Shown here: positions 1-9,449 of the stretch, one piece after another
How the letters are laid out: each line of letters starts with the position of its first letter
Numbering within the stretch: the stretch's first letter is position 1
From: Candidatus Omnitrophota bacterium
GTDB lineage: Bacteria; Ratteibacteria; UBA8468; B48-G9; DTJG01
Reading direction: 5' to 3'
DNA length: 64,000 bases
Assembly: GCA_023484085.1 (NCBI GenBank)
Contig: JAMDAS010000001.1
Location: 1 to 64,000, forward strand
Notes under the pieces: model-generated
Seen by the model: the letters and a program-made list of their open reading frames with translations, nothing else
Databases searched by the model: none
What the model was told of the DNA's origin: nothing
Position numbers and translations under genes: made by a program

Positions 1-800
1 ATTTCGTTAATATCCTGTCCCTTGATAGTATATCTCCAGTAGTCCAGTGAGTTTTGTACTTCTCTCTGCAAAGATTCCATCGCAGAAGAAACAGCCGGCA
101 GATCTAATCCTTTTTCTATCTTCATCTTTTCGGCTTCACCAAATTCAATCTGCCCGGCCTCAGATATTGAAGACGTAATAGTATCTCCGGAAGTTGTCAG
201 CGCCCTCATTAAAATTTTTTCCTTATGTAAAATTATAAGATTGGAAGACCTTGCTCCTATTTCAAGTACCCCCTGACACTTGTTTTCATTAAAGTACGGG
301 GAAAATCTGAAAAGATTATAGAGAGCAAAAAAATCCGTTTCAAGATGTTCAATATCAAGATTGAATGGATTAAAATAAGAAATAAATTCATTCACAAGGT
401 CTTTTTTGATTGCACAAAGAAAAACCTGAAAATTATTTTCAATTTCTGAAAATATCTGGTATGACCACTCAACAACTTCTATAGGAAAAGGTATTTGCTG
501 CTGAATTTCAAATTTTAAAATATTCTTTAATTTTTTGGAAACGATTTTAGGGGTAGTAACCGTTCTGATTAAAATACCTCTGCCCGGGAGAGAAATGATA
601 ATTCTTTTAGAGGGGATCTTTTTAAAGAATTGCTTCCCTTCTGTTTTAATTGTATCAATTCTTTTTTCAGGTGGAACTGTGGAAATATCAAGTTCATTGT
701 AATATGAGATAACCGGCCGTTCACCTCTAAAAGAAATTTCCAGCACTCTTATATGAGATGAACCAAAGTCAACTGCCTCAATTTTTGATTTTCCTATCAT
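1..800 (-). CDS. pilM: Type IV pilus assembly ATPase-like protein PilM (3' part truncated by window edge)
   Basis: Reverse-strand translation from ATG at 798-800 gives MIGKSKIEAVDFGSSHIRVLEI..., an actin-like ATPase fold typical of PilM/FtsA family; runs off window start; not in ORF track because truncated. Confidence 0.5.
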   Translation of the reverse strand, partial: MIGKSKIEAVDFGSSHIRVLEISFRGERPVISYYNELDISTVPPEKRIDTIKTEGKQFFKKIPSKRIIISLPGRGILIRTVTTPKIVSKKLKNILKFEIQQQIPFPIEVVEWSYQIFSEIENNFQVFLCAIKKDLVNEFISYFNPFNLDIEHLETDFFALYNLFRFSPYFNENKCQGVLEIGARSSNLIILHKEKILMRALTTSGDTITSSISEAGQIEFGEAEKMKIEKGLDLPAVSSAMESLQREVQNSLDYWRYTIKGQDINE

Positions 801-872
801 TATTCTATGATTTTGTCTGTTTTTTTACATATTTTATATATTTAGGCCTAATTCTCCGATAAAAATAATTTT

Positions 873-946
873 TGTTGCGGGGGACCGATTTGAACGGCCG
901 ACCTCCGGGTTATGGGCCCGGCGAGCTACCACTGCTCCACCCCGCA
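873..946 (-). tRNA. Initiator tRNA-fMet (anticodon CAT)
   Basis: Reverse complement reads tGCGGGGTGGAGCAGTGGTAGCTCGCCGGGCCCATAACCCGGAGGTCGGCCGTTCAAATCGGTCCCCCGCAaca. Near-identical to E. coli tRNA-fMet. Anticodon loop CCCATAA with three consecutive G-C pairs in anticodon stem (initiator hallmark). 7-bp acceptor stem. 3' CCA not encoded. Confidence 0.9.
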
Positions 947-964
947 AAAAAGTTTATAAAAGTT

Positions 965-1120
965 TGTAAATATTCAGTAAACCCCGTCTCAGTGATTGAA
1001 ATGAAAATGTTCAGAGATAAGTTATGGATTGCTCTTTATATCTTTATAAAGATAAATGCTTCAAATAAAGATTTAAAGACAATCCAAACTTATTTCAAAC
1101 ACCATTCACTGAGTATTTAC
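965..1120. repeat. MITE-like dispersed repeat copy R1 (TIR + modules A+B)
   Basis: Begins tgtaaatattcagt... and ends ...cactgagtatttac. Contains gataagttatggattgctctt... and agacaatccaaacttatttcaaacacc modules shared with copies at 6779, 18222, 34118, 49631 and 61880. Confidence 0.8.
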
Positions 1121-1159
1121 GAGTTTATTATAATATTTAATAGACTATATGTCAATGTT

Positions 1160-1459
1160 TTAACGAGTATATTTTTCTATATAAGTATTTATCTCCTCCT
1201 TTAAATACTTCAGTTTTTTTCTTGAATTTATGTTTTTTTCATCTAAATATTTTAATTTCAGTTCATTATCCTCACACTGTTCAAAAAGCTGAAAAATATA
1301 CGTTATAAATGAATCAACAAAATCATAGACTGGAAGTTCAGCCCTTATTTTTTTAAGGGTTTTATTAACTATGTTTTCCAACTTTTCCACAAAATCCCCG
1401 TTCTTTTCTGTAACAAGAATATAGTTTCTATCCAATATTTTAACATTATATTTGTTCAT
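1160..1459 (-). CDS. zapA: Small coiled-coil protein, probable cell division protein ZapA
   Basis: 99 aa. Immediately downstream of pheT, as zapA is in Bacillus. N-terminal VKILDRNYILV...ENIVNKTLKKI pattern resembles ZapA strand-helix core; C-terminal coiled coil. Confidence 0.45.
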   Translation of the reverse strand: MNKYNVKILDRNYILVTEKNGDFVEKLENIVNKTLKKIRAELPVYDFVDSFITYIFQLFEQCEDNELKLKYLDEKNINSRKKLKYLKEEINTYIEKYTR

Positions 1460-3551
1460 GTCGTAATCTGACCCCTGATTTTTCTAATGTCTCTATTATT
1501 TTATGAACCTTATTATCAATGTTATCTTTTGTAAGATTACCTTTTTCATTTGAGAAAAAGATTGAAATACCGAGCCCGAGAATATCAACAGGTTCTTTAA
1601 ATCCAAATTTTTTCTGTAATTCTTTTTTTTCCCGGGCACTGAAAGAATATATGTCAAAAATTTTAATTTTATCTTTTGCAGAAAGCAATTCCGGGATATA
1701 GAGATTATCCACAATAAATCTCCATTCGGATTCAGGTCCGGCTTTTACTACCAGGGAAAGGTCCCTGCGAATCGGGGAAATAGAAGGAGTTTTATTTTTA
1801 TCAAAATACGATTTTAAAAATCCTTTATTTTTAAGTACTTCAAGGTCAATCTGGGAAATAAAAATCTCCTTACCCTGCAGGTCGTATTTTTCAAGAAGAG
1901 ATTGTGCCGGTTCAAAAATAAATCCCAAAATATCTTTTTGAGGCTCTTTTGCCGGAATATTCTCTAAAATAATATTATAATAGATACCTGTATTCCTTTC
2001 ATCCCGCTCAAAATCTATTACATAATCCTGTACCTGTACAGGATAAAAATACGTTTTCAAAAAATATTCAATCTTACCCTTAAACGTGGAAAAACCCTTA
2101 AATCCAGAATGGTCCCCTGTATCCATAATACCCAGAGAAACAGCCATATCAGAAGTTGGTTTATTGTCAGATAAAAAGTATGTATTTCCAATTTCAAATA
2201 AAGCAAGATTTTCATTTTTATACGCTGAATTTCTCTGAAAATTTTTTAAAAGCTCAATAACAAGAGATGGCCTTAAATGCGAAAAATTCATTGAAACAGG
2301 ATTTAAAATTTCAACAGGGTTTAGATTACCCATCTCAAAATTATTTATTTCATCCATGCTTACGAGTCCAAGATTAATTACTTCTGAAAAACCCAATTTT
2401 GTAAGAATATCTTTTGTTTCATTTATAAAAAAAATCGTTGAATCATCTTCTGATGGCGTAATCACTGCAACAGGTATTTCTTCATGAATTTTTTCATAGC
2501 CATGATATTTTGCAATTTCCTCTATCAAATCCACGTCATGTATAACGTCCTGCCTGTACGATGGGACAGAAACGTTAAGCAGGTCTCCTGAAATTCCGGT
2601 CTGGAACCCCAATCTGTTAAAAATTTCTTCTACAAGATTAACGGAAACATCATATCCAAGATAGCTATTGAGCCTGGTAAAACCAAGAGAGATAACTCTT
2701 TCCTTTGTTTTATAAGAACCCGTCAGTATTAATTCACCTGTCTCCCCCCCGCAGAGCTCATTTATCAATTTGCAGCATCTATCAAGGGCGGTAACAATTA
2801 TTTCAGGATCAATATTTTTTTCAAATTTAGAGGATGCCTCAGTCCGCAATCCGAGTATTTTAGAGGATTTTCTTATAATAGCCGGATTAAAAAATGCACT
2901 TTCAAGAAAAAGATTTGTTGTTTTTTCATTTACCTGTGAATTAACCCCGCCCATTATCCCTGCAATGGCAACAGGCCTGAAGTTATCAGCAATCACAAGA
3001 ATTTCCCTGTTTAATGTTCTTTTTACGCCATCAAGGGTTACAATCTGTTCACCATCAGATGCTCTCCGGACAAAAATCTTTGAATTAATAAGGTCTTTAT
3101 CAAATGCATGCATAGGCTGTCCTAATTCCCAGAAAACAAAATTCGTAATGTCCACAACGTTATTTACGCTGCGAAAACCTGCAGATTCAACCTTTTTTTT
3201 CAGCCAGCAGGATGAAGGCGATACTTTTACGTTTTCAATACATCTGCCTGCATAACAATAACAATCTTCATAAGAAGAAATTTCAACAGGAAGCTTTTTA
3301 TCTGTATGTGTGATAATTTTAAAATCCGGAAAATGAAATTTAAAGTCTCCTAAAGGGAGCAGACTTCTTGCCAGACCTGTAATAGACGTTAAATCTGCAC
3401 GATTGGAAGGTATTTCAATCTCAAATTCCCCAGGGGAATCCCCCTCTAAAATAATAGGGTTCAGCCCTAATTTTTCAAGGAAATTTTTAAGCTCATCAAC
3501 TGAATAATTTCCTTCAAGATATTCTCTGATTCCTTCATAAGAGTATTTCAT
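1446..3551 (-). CDS. pheT: Phenylalanine--tRNA ligase beta subunit
   Basis: 701-aa ORF downstream of pheS; B3/4 and B5 domain-like regions and a C-terminal anticodon-binding-like region; operon context pheS-pheT. Confidence 0.85.
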   Translation of the reverse strand: MKYSYEGIREYLEGNYSVDELKNFLEKLGLNPIILEGDSPGEFEIEIPSNRADLTSITGLARSLLPLGDFKFHFPDFKIITHTDKKLPVEISSYEDCYCYAGRCIENVKVSPSSCWLKKKVESAGFRSVNNVVDITNFVFWELGQPMHAFDKDLINSKIFVRRASDGEQIVTLDGVKRTLNREILVIADNFRPVAIAGIMGGVNSQVNEKTTNLFLESAFFNPAIIRKSSKILGLRTEASSKFEKNIDPEIIVTALDRCCKLINELCGGETGELILTGSYKTKERVISLGFTRLNSYLGYDVSVNLVEEIFNRLGFQTGISGDLLNVSVPSYRQDVIHDVDLIEEIAKYHGYEKIHEEIPVAVITPSEDDSTIFFINETKDILTKLGFSEVINLGLVSMDEINNFEMGNLNPVEILNPVSMNFSHLRPSLVIELLKNFQRNSAYKNENLALFEIGNTYFLSDNKPTSDMAVSLGIMDTGDHSGFKGFSTFKGKIEYFLKTYFYPVQVQDYVIDFERDERNTGIYYNIILENIPAKEPQKDILGFIFEPAQSLLEKYDLQGKEIFISQIDLEVLKNKGFLKSYFDKNKTPSISPIRRDLSLVVKAGPESEWRFIVDNLYIPELLSAKDKIKIFDIYSFSAREKKELQKKFGFKEPVDILGLGISIFFSNEKGNLTKDNIDNKVHKIIETLEKSGVRLRHEQI

Positions 3552-3579
3552 TATTTATTTTTTCCGTTCCTATGGTAAG

Positions 3580-4659
3580 TTAACCAAATTGACTGATAAA
3601 CCTTATGTCATTGTTGTAAAAATGCCTGATATCATCAATGCCATATTTTAACATTGCTATTCTTTCTATCCCCATTCCAAATGCAAAACCTGTAATCTTA
3701 TCAGGAGAATAAGCAGGGTCTTTCCGAGAAATATTTCCAAAAACTTCAGGATGGACCATTCCGGCTCCAAGAATCTCCAGCCACCCGCTACCTCCGCACG
3801 TGGAACATCCTTTGCCTTTGCAGATAACACATGAAATGGAAATCTCCGCACTTGGCTCCGTAAATGGGAAATATGCAGGTAAAAATCTCACCTTTATTTC
3901 AGAATCGAATAATTCTTTCAGAAAATATATCAATATCCCTTTAAGATGGGCAAAATTTATCCCATGCCCTACCATTAATCCTTCCATCTGGTGGAATACA
4001 GGAGAATGTGAAGAATCAAATGCATCCCGGCGGAAACATTTTCCAACGGCAATTATGCGAAAAGGCGGCTTGATTTTTTTCATTATCCTTATCTGGACAG
4101 GACTTGTATGTGTCCGTAGAAGAATTTTTTCATGATAATCAAGATACAGGGTATCCCACATATCCCTTGCCGGGTGATTTTCCGGCGTATTCAAGGCAGA
4201 AAAATTATAATAATCTGTTTCAATCTCAGGACCCGTATGAATACCAAAACCCATTTTTTTAAAAATATCAACCATATTTTTTGTAACAATGGTAAGAGGA
4301 TGCAGATAAGCATAATCAGGTTCTTTTCCTGGATACGTATATAAAGGCATACTGCCATGATGGAACGTTTCTTTTATTGCTGAAGAGGAAATTATCTCTT
4401 TTTTCTTATTCTCATAAAGAGAATTCAGATAATTTTTCCATTCATTTATTTTCCTGCCTGCCAGCGGTCTTAACTCCTCAGGAAGTCCTCCGATTTTCTG
4501 TGTAAAAGATAAGATCAACCCTTTCCTGCCAAAATATTTTATACGCCATTGTTCCAATTTTTCATTGTCACTTATATTTTTAATTCCATGTTGTGCAATC
4601 TCTATTTCTTTTTCTGCTTTTTCAAATATCTCATTATTCATATAAACGTTTCCTTTCAA
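3580..4659 (-). CDS. pheS: Phenylalanine--tRNA ligase alpha subunit
   Basis: Class II aaRS motifs (FRRDAFDSSHSPVFHQMEG, GFAFGMGIERIAML); 359 aa. Confidence 0.9.
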   Translation of the reverse strand: MKGNVYMNNEIFEKAEKEIEIAQHGIKNISDNEKLEQWRIKYFGRKGLILSFTQKIGGLPEELRPLAGRKINEWKNYLNSLYENKKKEIISSSAIKETFHHGSMPLYTYPGKEPDYAYLHPLTIVTKNMVDIFKKMGFGIHTGPEIETDYYNFSALNTPENHPARDMWDTLYLDYHEKILLRTHTSPVQIRIMKKIKPPFRIIAVGKCFRRDAFDSSHSPVFHQMEGLMVGHGINFAHLKGILIYFLKELFDSEIKVRFLPAYFPFTEPSAEISISCVICKGKGCSTCGGSGWLEILGAGMVHPEVFGNISRKDPAYSPDKITGFAFGMGIERIAMLKYGIDDIRHFYNNDIRFISQFG

Positions 4660-5227
4660 TATATTTCCTTACTTTTTCCGGAACAAGATATCTTATGGAT
4701 TTTTTCTCCCTGCAAAAATTTCTTATGGAACTTGATGATACATCTATAAAAGGGTTATTAATAATAAAATATTTAAGAGGAAAAGAAAAATCTGTCCCGG
4801 TTTTCTGAGATTTTTTATTCCGGGATGCAATTAAAAATGTGACCTCTTTAGATAAAGATGCAATATTTTTCCATTTATCAATAATACGAAATGCATCACT
4901 GCCGAGTATAAAAAAAAGAGCCGTATTTTTAAATTTTTTCCTGATTTGTAAAACAGTCCCATACGTATAAGAGACAGAAGTATTCCTGATCTCTATGTCA
5001 GCCACTTCAAAACGTGGATTATCTTCTATGGCAAGTTCAACCATTTTAAATCTGTCAAAACTGCCTGCTACGGGTAAGAACTTATGTGAAGGTATACCCG
5101 ATGGAATAAAAATAATCTTCTGAAGATGGAACTGCTGAAGGGATGTTTCTGCTATAACAAGATGTCCTATATGAGGAGGGTCAAAAGAACCGCCCAAAAT
5201 TCCAAGATTATTTTTTTTTGCCATCAT
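4634..5227 (-). CDS. nadD: Nicotinate-nucleotide adenylyltransferase
   Basis: GGSFDPPHIGH nucleotidyltransferase (HxGH) motif at N-terminus; 197 aa; SD AGGGAG upstream of ATGATG start. Confidence 0.85.
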   Translation of the reverse strand: MMAKKNNLGILGGSFDPPHIGHLVIAETSLQQFHLQKIIFIPSGIPSHKFLPVAGSFDRFKMVELAIEDNPRFEVADIEIRNTSVSYTYGTVLQIRKKFKNTALFFILGSDAFRIIDKWKNIASLSKEVTFLIASRNKKSQKTGTDFSFPLKYFIINNPFIDVSSSSIRNFCREKKSIRYLVPEKVRKYIERKRLYE

Positions 5228-5247
5228 TTTCTCCCTGATTAAAATTT

Positions 5248-5498
5248 GGTTCTGTCAAAAATGAAATAAATATACCTGTCCGCTCAGGTGCTCCGTCACA
5301 GACAAAACTACAAAGAAATCGTGCCAAAAACAACTCACTCCTGTCCGCATACTACTGCGGCCAGCGAGTTCAAACATGTTTTTGCAAAGAGACTAAAGTC
5401 TGATTGCACGAACGCTGACGCTTTTCTTCTTGTTTTGTTCCTGTGACTGTGCAATTCGCTATCAGGTATATTTATTTCATTTCTTATTTGACAGAACC
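5248..5498. other. GC-rich ~185-bp core flanked by near-perfect 31/36-bp inverted repeats (candidate structured ncRNA or non-autonomous element)
   Basis: Left arm ggttctgtcaaaaatgaaataaatatacctg (5248-5278) is reverse complement of right arm caggtatatttatttcatttcttatttgacagaacc (5463-5498) with a 5-nt indel. Inner nested inverted repeat cgtcacagacaaaac / gttttgttcctgtgactg. Core GC content far above surrounding AT-rich DNA. Confidence 0.5.
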
Positions 5499-5504
5499 TC
5501 AAAT

Positions 5505-6761
5505 TTAGCTTCTTATCTGGCCATTTCCATATATTAAATATTTGTAAATCGTAAGCTCCTCCAGAGCCATAGGTCCTCTTGCATGGAGCTTGTCCGTACT
5601 GATACCGATTTCCGCACCCATTCCAAATTCACCGCCATCTGTAAAACGGGTTGATGCATTATGATATACACAGGCAGAATCTACAGATAATAAAAATTTT
5701 TCTGCAGTTTTTTTATTACTTGTAACTATGGCATCAGAATGCTTTGTCCCGTATTTATTTATATGTGCAATGGCTTCATCAACGTCTTTAACAATCTTTA
5801 TTGAAAGAATCAAGTTTAGGTATTCTTCAGACCAGTCTTTTTCTGCCGCGGGAATAATAGCATCTACTATTGATAACGTTTCAGGACATCCTCTCATTTC
5901 CACACCTGCATCCCTGAATTTTTTTACCATGTCAGGAAGAAATTCTTTTGCAATGTCAATGTGAACAAGAAGCGTTTCCATAGCATTGCACGTAGCAGGC
6001 CTTTGAACCTTGGCATTATAACAAATCTCCTGCGCCATTGTAAGGTCAGCATCTCTGTCAACATAAGTATGGCAAACCCCTTTATAATGTTTTATAACAG
6101 GAATAAGACTATGTTCAGACACAGTTTCAATAAGGGACGTTCCGCCTCTTGGAATAATAAGGTCAATATACTCTTTCATTTTTAATATATATCTTACAGA
6201 CTGCCTGCCGCTGGCTCCCATATAACACACGCCATTTGAATTTATTCCTGTTTTTTCAAGGGCTTCTTTTATAAGAGATGTTAAAATCCTGTTTGAATTG
6301 ATTGATTCTTTCCCGCCTTTAAGCAGGACACAATTACCTGATTTTATACAAAGACTTGCAGCCTCAATGGTTACGTCAGGCCGTGATTCATAGATAATCC
6401 CTATAACGCCTATCGGGACTCTTATTTTTTTTATTACCATGCCATTGGGTCTTACATCCTGATGAAATATTTCCCCCACAGGGTCTTTTAAAAGAGCAAC
6501 TCTTTTCAGGGAATCCGACATCTTACTTACTCTTTCAGAGGTTAAGAGCAGCCTGTCTATAAAAGCTTTTGAATAATTATTTTTTCTGCATTTTTCTATG
6601 TCTTTTGAATTTTCATGAATTATTCTGTCTTTTTTTTCTTCCAGCAAAGATGAAAGAATTAAAAGAAACTCATTCTTTTTTTCCGTTGCCAATTGTGAAA
6701 ATTCAAAAGACGCATCCCTGGCACGTTTGATTTCTTCTTTTAGTTTTTCTTTCCAGTTCAT
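5505..6761 (-). CDS. proA: Gamma-glutamyl phosphate reductase
   Basis: Aldehyde dehydrogenase-family ProA (…RGGTSLIETV…, C-terminal GNGQIR). ORF-track N-terminus (to 6833) runs into repeat R2. Start chosen at MNWKEKLKEE (ATG 6759-6761) with AGGAAA SD. Confidence 0.85.
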   Translation of the reverse strand: MNWKEKLKEEIKRARDASFEFSQLATEKKNEFLLILSSLLEEKKDRIIHENSKDIEKCRKNNYSKAFIDRLLLTSERVSKMSDSLKRVALLKDPVGEIFHQDVRPNGMVIKKIRVPIGVIGIIYESRPDVTIEAASLCIKSGNCVLLKGGKESINSNRILTSLIKEALEKTGINSNGVCYMGASGRQSVRYILKMKEYIDLIIPRGGTSLIETVSEHSLIPVIKHYKGVCHTYVDRDADLTMAQEICYNAKVQRPATCNAMETLLVHIDIAKEFLPDMVKKFRDAGVEMRGCPETLSIVDAIIPAAEKDWSEEYLNLILSIKIVKDVDEAIAHINKYGTKHSDAIVTSNKKTAEKFLLSVDSACVYHNASTRFTDGGEFGMGAEIGISTDKLHARGPMALEELTIYKYLIYGNGQIRS

Positions 6762-6778
6762 AATATTTTCCTGAAGTA

Positions 6779-6884
6779 AGAGATAAGTTATGGATTGCTC
6801 TTCTCTTCTTTGTAAAAACATTCTTTCAAACAAAGATTCAAAGACAATCCAAACTTATTTCAAACACCGTTCAATGAGTATTTA
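6779..6884. repeat. MITE-like dispersed repeat copy R2 (modules A+B, no left TIR)
   Basis: gagataagttatggattgctcttctcttctttgtaaaaacattctttcaaacaaagattcaaagacaatccaaacttatttcaaacaccgttcaatgagtatttac; lies between proB and proA. Confidence 0.8.
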
Positions 6885-6924
6885 CCCCAAACTTATCCTG
6901 TTATTTTCTTTTTATGTCAGAATT

Positions 6925-7740
6925 TCAATCAGGGAGAAAGATTGTTCCTACGTCTTTTCCCTGAAAAATATCCTTAAGTACCCACGGTTTTTTGCCATTT
7001 GCAATAATACAGAACTTATTATTCTTCCCATCTCTCAAAACTCTCTCAATCGCATCAATCTTGGATACCATTCCGCCGCTACCCTTTAAAGAGGGCACAC
7101 CTTCCCTGGCAATTTGTTTTATTTTTTTTATTTGTTCCGTTATCCATATTACTTCTTTTACCGGCTTTGGATTATTATTATGTTTTGGGTCAAGATAACA
7201 AAACCCGTCTACATTCGTAAGTAAAACAAGACAATCCGCATTAAGAAGATGGACAACGAGAGAAGAAAGATAATCATTATCGCCAAATTTTATCTCTTCA
7301 ATTGCTATGGCATCATTTTCATTAATTATTGGTATAATTTTGTTCCCAAGAAGAGTCTGAAGGGTTATCTTTGCCCTTTCTCTTCTATCTTTAATTTCAA
7401 ATACGTCCCTTGTAAGGAGAACCTGTCCCACGTTATACCCCTCCTCACGAAAAATCCTTTCATAAAATCTCATAAGCCTGCTCTGCCCCACGCTTGCTGC
7501 AGCCTGGAGCTTTTCAATCTTTTCAGGTCTTTTTTTCCATCCAAGTATCTGGATACCTGCACCAATGGCGCCGGAGGTAACAATAATAACCTCTTTCCCA
7601 TGGGAAATAAGCCATACAACCTGTTCCCCGAGATGCTCCATTATAGAGGTATCCACCCTGTTGTTTGTATGGATTAGAACCTGTGTTCCTATTTTTATTA
7701 CCACCCTTTTAACTTTTTTCAGTAGTTCTTTTCTGTCCAT
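6925..7740 (-). CDS. proB: Glutamate 5-kinase (no PUA domain)
   Basis: Amino acid kinase fold: VVIKIGTQVL…, GNVGQVLLTRDVF…; start moved to MDRKELLKK (ATG 7738-7740). The 39 N-terminal residues in the ORF track are likely spurious. Confidence 0.8.
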   Translation of the reverse strand: MDRKELLKKVKRVVIKIGTQVLIHTNNRVDTSIMEHLGEQVVWLISHGKEVIIVTSGAIGAGIQILGWKKRPEKIEKLQAAASVGQSRLMRFYERIFREEGYNVGQVLLTRDVFEIKDRRERAKITLQTLLGNKIIPIINENDAIAIEEIKFGDNDYLSSLVVHLLNADCLVLLTNVDGFCYLDPKHNNNPKPVKEVIWITEQIKKIKQIAREGVPSLKGSGGMVSKIDAIERVLRDGKNNKFCIIANGKKPWVLKDIFQGKDVGTIFLPD

Positions 7741-8596
7741 TTTTTTCAATGATTTCTCTGACGTTTTTTGCCTCTTCCATGTATTTTTCAAGCAGGTTTT
7801 CATCTTTTTCCTGAAGCAGATGAATAAATTCATCAATCTCTGTTTTAAATCCCTCAATTGCTGATAAAACGTTATCCCTGTTATCTATAAATATCTCAGT
7901 CCATACCCGTGCATCACTCCCGGCTATCCTTGTAGTATCTCTAAGTCCGCTTCCAATACTTACAAAAAACCCCTTTTTATCAATCTCTCTTTTTAATCCT
8001 CTGCACAAGGCAAATATTATACTATGCGGAAGATGGCTTGTATATGCAAGGAGCTCATCGTGCCTGCCCGCATCCATAACAATTGTTTTTCCACCGAGAG
8101 ATTTCCAGAATTTTTCTATATGTCTGAAAGATGAGGGACTGCTTTTCTCCCCTGGGGTTAAAACTATTGTCTTATCATTAAACATATCCGCATCTGCAAA
8201 ATCAATTCCTTTTTTTTCAGAACCGGCTATTGGATGTGAACCAACAAAATTATGTGGATTGGAAAAACAGGCATCAACATGCTGGACAATCGTGGCTTTT
8301 GTGCTGCCTATATCCGTAAAAAGCAACCCGGGTTTCAGATGGACAACGTCTTCAACATATTTATTGTTTGAAAAAACCGGGGCGCAAAGAATTAAAAAAT
8401 TTGCGTCCTTAACAATCTCCTGAAAAGATGTAAATCCCTTATCAATAATCCCTGACTTTTCAGCTTTTATGATTGTTTCAGCCGTCCTTGTCCATCCCAA
8501 AACCTTTCCTGCAACCTTCCTTTTTTTTATGGCAAGCCCTAATGAGCCACCAAGGAGGCCTAAACCTACAATGCCAACGTTTTCAAATTCAGGCAT
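7709..8596 (-). CDS. tyrA: Prephenate dehydrogenase
   Basis: N-terminal Rossmann VGIVGLGLLGGSLGLA, ~295 aa TyrA-like. Confidence 0.7.
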   Translation of the reverse strand: MPEFENVGIVGLGLLGGSLGLAIKKRKVAGKVLGWTRTAETIIKAEKSGIIDKGFTSFQEIVKDANFLILCAPVFSNNKYVEDVVHLKPGLLFTDIGSTKATIVQHVDACFSNPHNFVGSHPIAGSEKKGIDFADADMFNDKTIVLTPGEKSSPSSFRHIEKFWKSLGGKTIVMDAGRHDELLAYTSHLPHSIIFALCRGLKREIDKKGFFVSIGSGLRDTTRIAGSDARVWTEIFIDNRDNVLSAIEGFKTEIDEFIHLLQEKDENLLEKYMEEAKNVREIIEKNGQKRTTEKS

Positions 8597-8608
8597 AACT
8601 ATAGTTAT

Positions 8609-9394
8609 TTAATCTTCTTTTTTATTCTCTACTGGTTTTTTATTTTCTACCATTTTTGTAGTAAACAAACTAAATAACTCAACAGGTATAGGGAAAACAA
8701 GTGTTGAGGTTTTATCTGAAGCAGCAATCTCTGTTGCTGTCTGCAAATATCTTAATTGAATGGCAAGAGGATTTTCTGACATCTTTTTACCTGCCGCAAC
8801 AAGCTTTTCACTTGCCTGGAATTCACCCTCTGCATTAATAACCTTTGCTCTTCTATCCCTTTCAACCTCAGCCTGTCTTGCCATCATTCTCTTCATTGTA
8901 TCAGGAACCTGGACGTCTTTAACCTCAACAAGACTTACTTTTATCCCCCAGGGTGATGTCTGCTCATCTATAATCTGTTGAAGCTTGGCATTTATCGTGT
9001 CTCTATCAGAAAGCAGTCCATCAAGGTCAACCTGGCCAAGAACACTTCTGAGGGTTGTCTGGGAAACCTGCATGGTTGCAAGACTAAAGTTTTCCACATT
9101 GACAACAGCCTTTGACGGGTCTATTATCCTGAACCATACAACGGCATTGACCTGTACAGGAACATTGTCCTTTGTCATCATTTCCTGAGGGGTGACCTCA
9201 AAAGTAACAGTTCTGAGACTCATTTTTACCATTTTTTCAATGCCCGGGATAAGTAAAAAAAGCCCAGGTCCCCGTGAGCCCATCAGTCTTCCCAATCTAA
9301 ATACAACACCTCTTTCATATTCAGGCACAATCTTTATTGTGTTGGTTATAAGCCATATCAATATTATTACTCCTGCAACAATCCCAAGAAACAT
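8609..9394 (-). CDS. SPFH/band-7 (stomatin/prohibitin-like) membrane protein
   Basis: N-terminal TM helix followed by IVPEYERGVVFRLGRL… SPFH domain and C-terminal coiled coil. Confidence 0.75.
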   Translation of the reverse strand: MFLGIVAGVIILIWLITNTIKIVPEYERGVVFRLGRLMGSRGPGLFLLIPGIEKMVKMSLRTVTFEVTPQEMMTKDNVPVQVNAVVWFRIIDPSKAVVNVENFSLATMQVSQTTLRSVLGQVDLDGLLSDRDTINAKLQQIIDEQTSPWGIKVSLVEVKDVQVPDTMKRMMARQAEVERDRRAKVINAEGEFQASEKLVAAGKKMSENPLAIQLRYLQTATEIAASDKTSTLVFPIPVELFSLFTTKMVENKKPVENKKED

Positions 9395-9449
9395 ATTATC
9401 CCCCTTTGTAAAATAATTTGTCCTTTCTTTCTTTTCTGAAGTTATTATA

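Noticed and set aside
872-1204. 110-aa plus-strand ORF from six-frame track
   Set aside because: Covers the tRNA-fMet gene and repeat R1; low-complexity translation; no RBS; spurious.
2770-3255. Antisense ORFs inside pheT, and similar antisense ORFs inside ilvD, nuoG, hppA, the TPR gene etc. (e.g. 13717-14256, 26754-27290, 58226-58852)
   Set aside because: Lie opposite or overlapping strongly supported conserved genes; typical six-frame artefacts in AT-rich DNA.
5248-5498. GC-rich inverted-repeat element as tmRNA, RNase P RNA or SRP RNA
   Set aside because: Too short for tmRNA/RNase P. Lacks the tRNA-like ends, the RNase P P4 motifs and the SRP domain IV GNRA/AGCAGCC-type consensus; left as unclassified.
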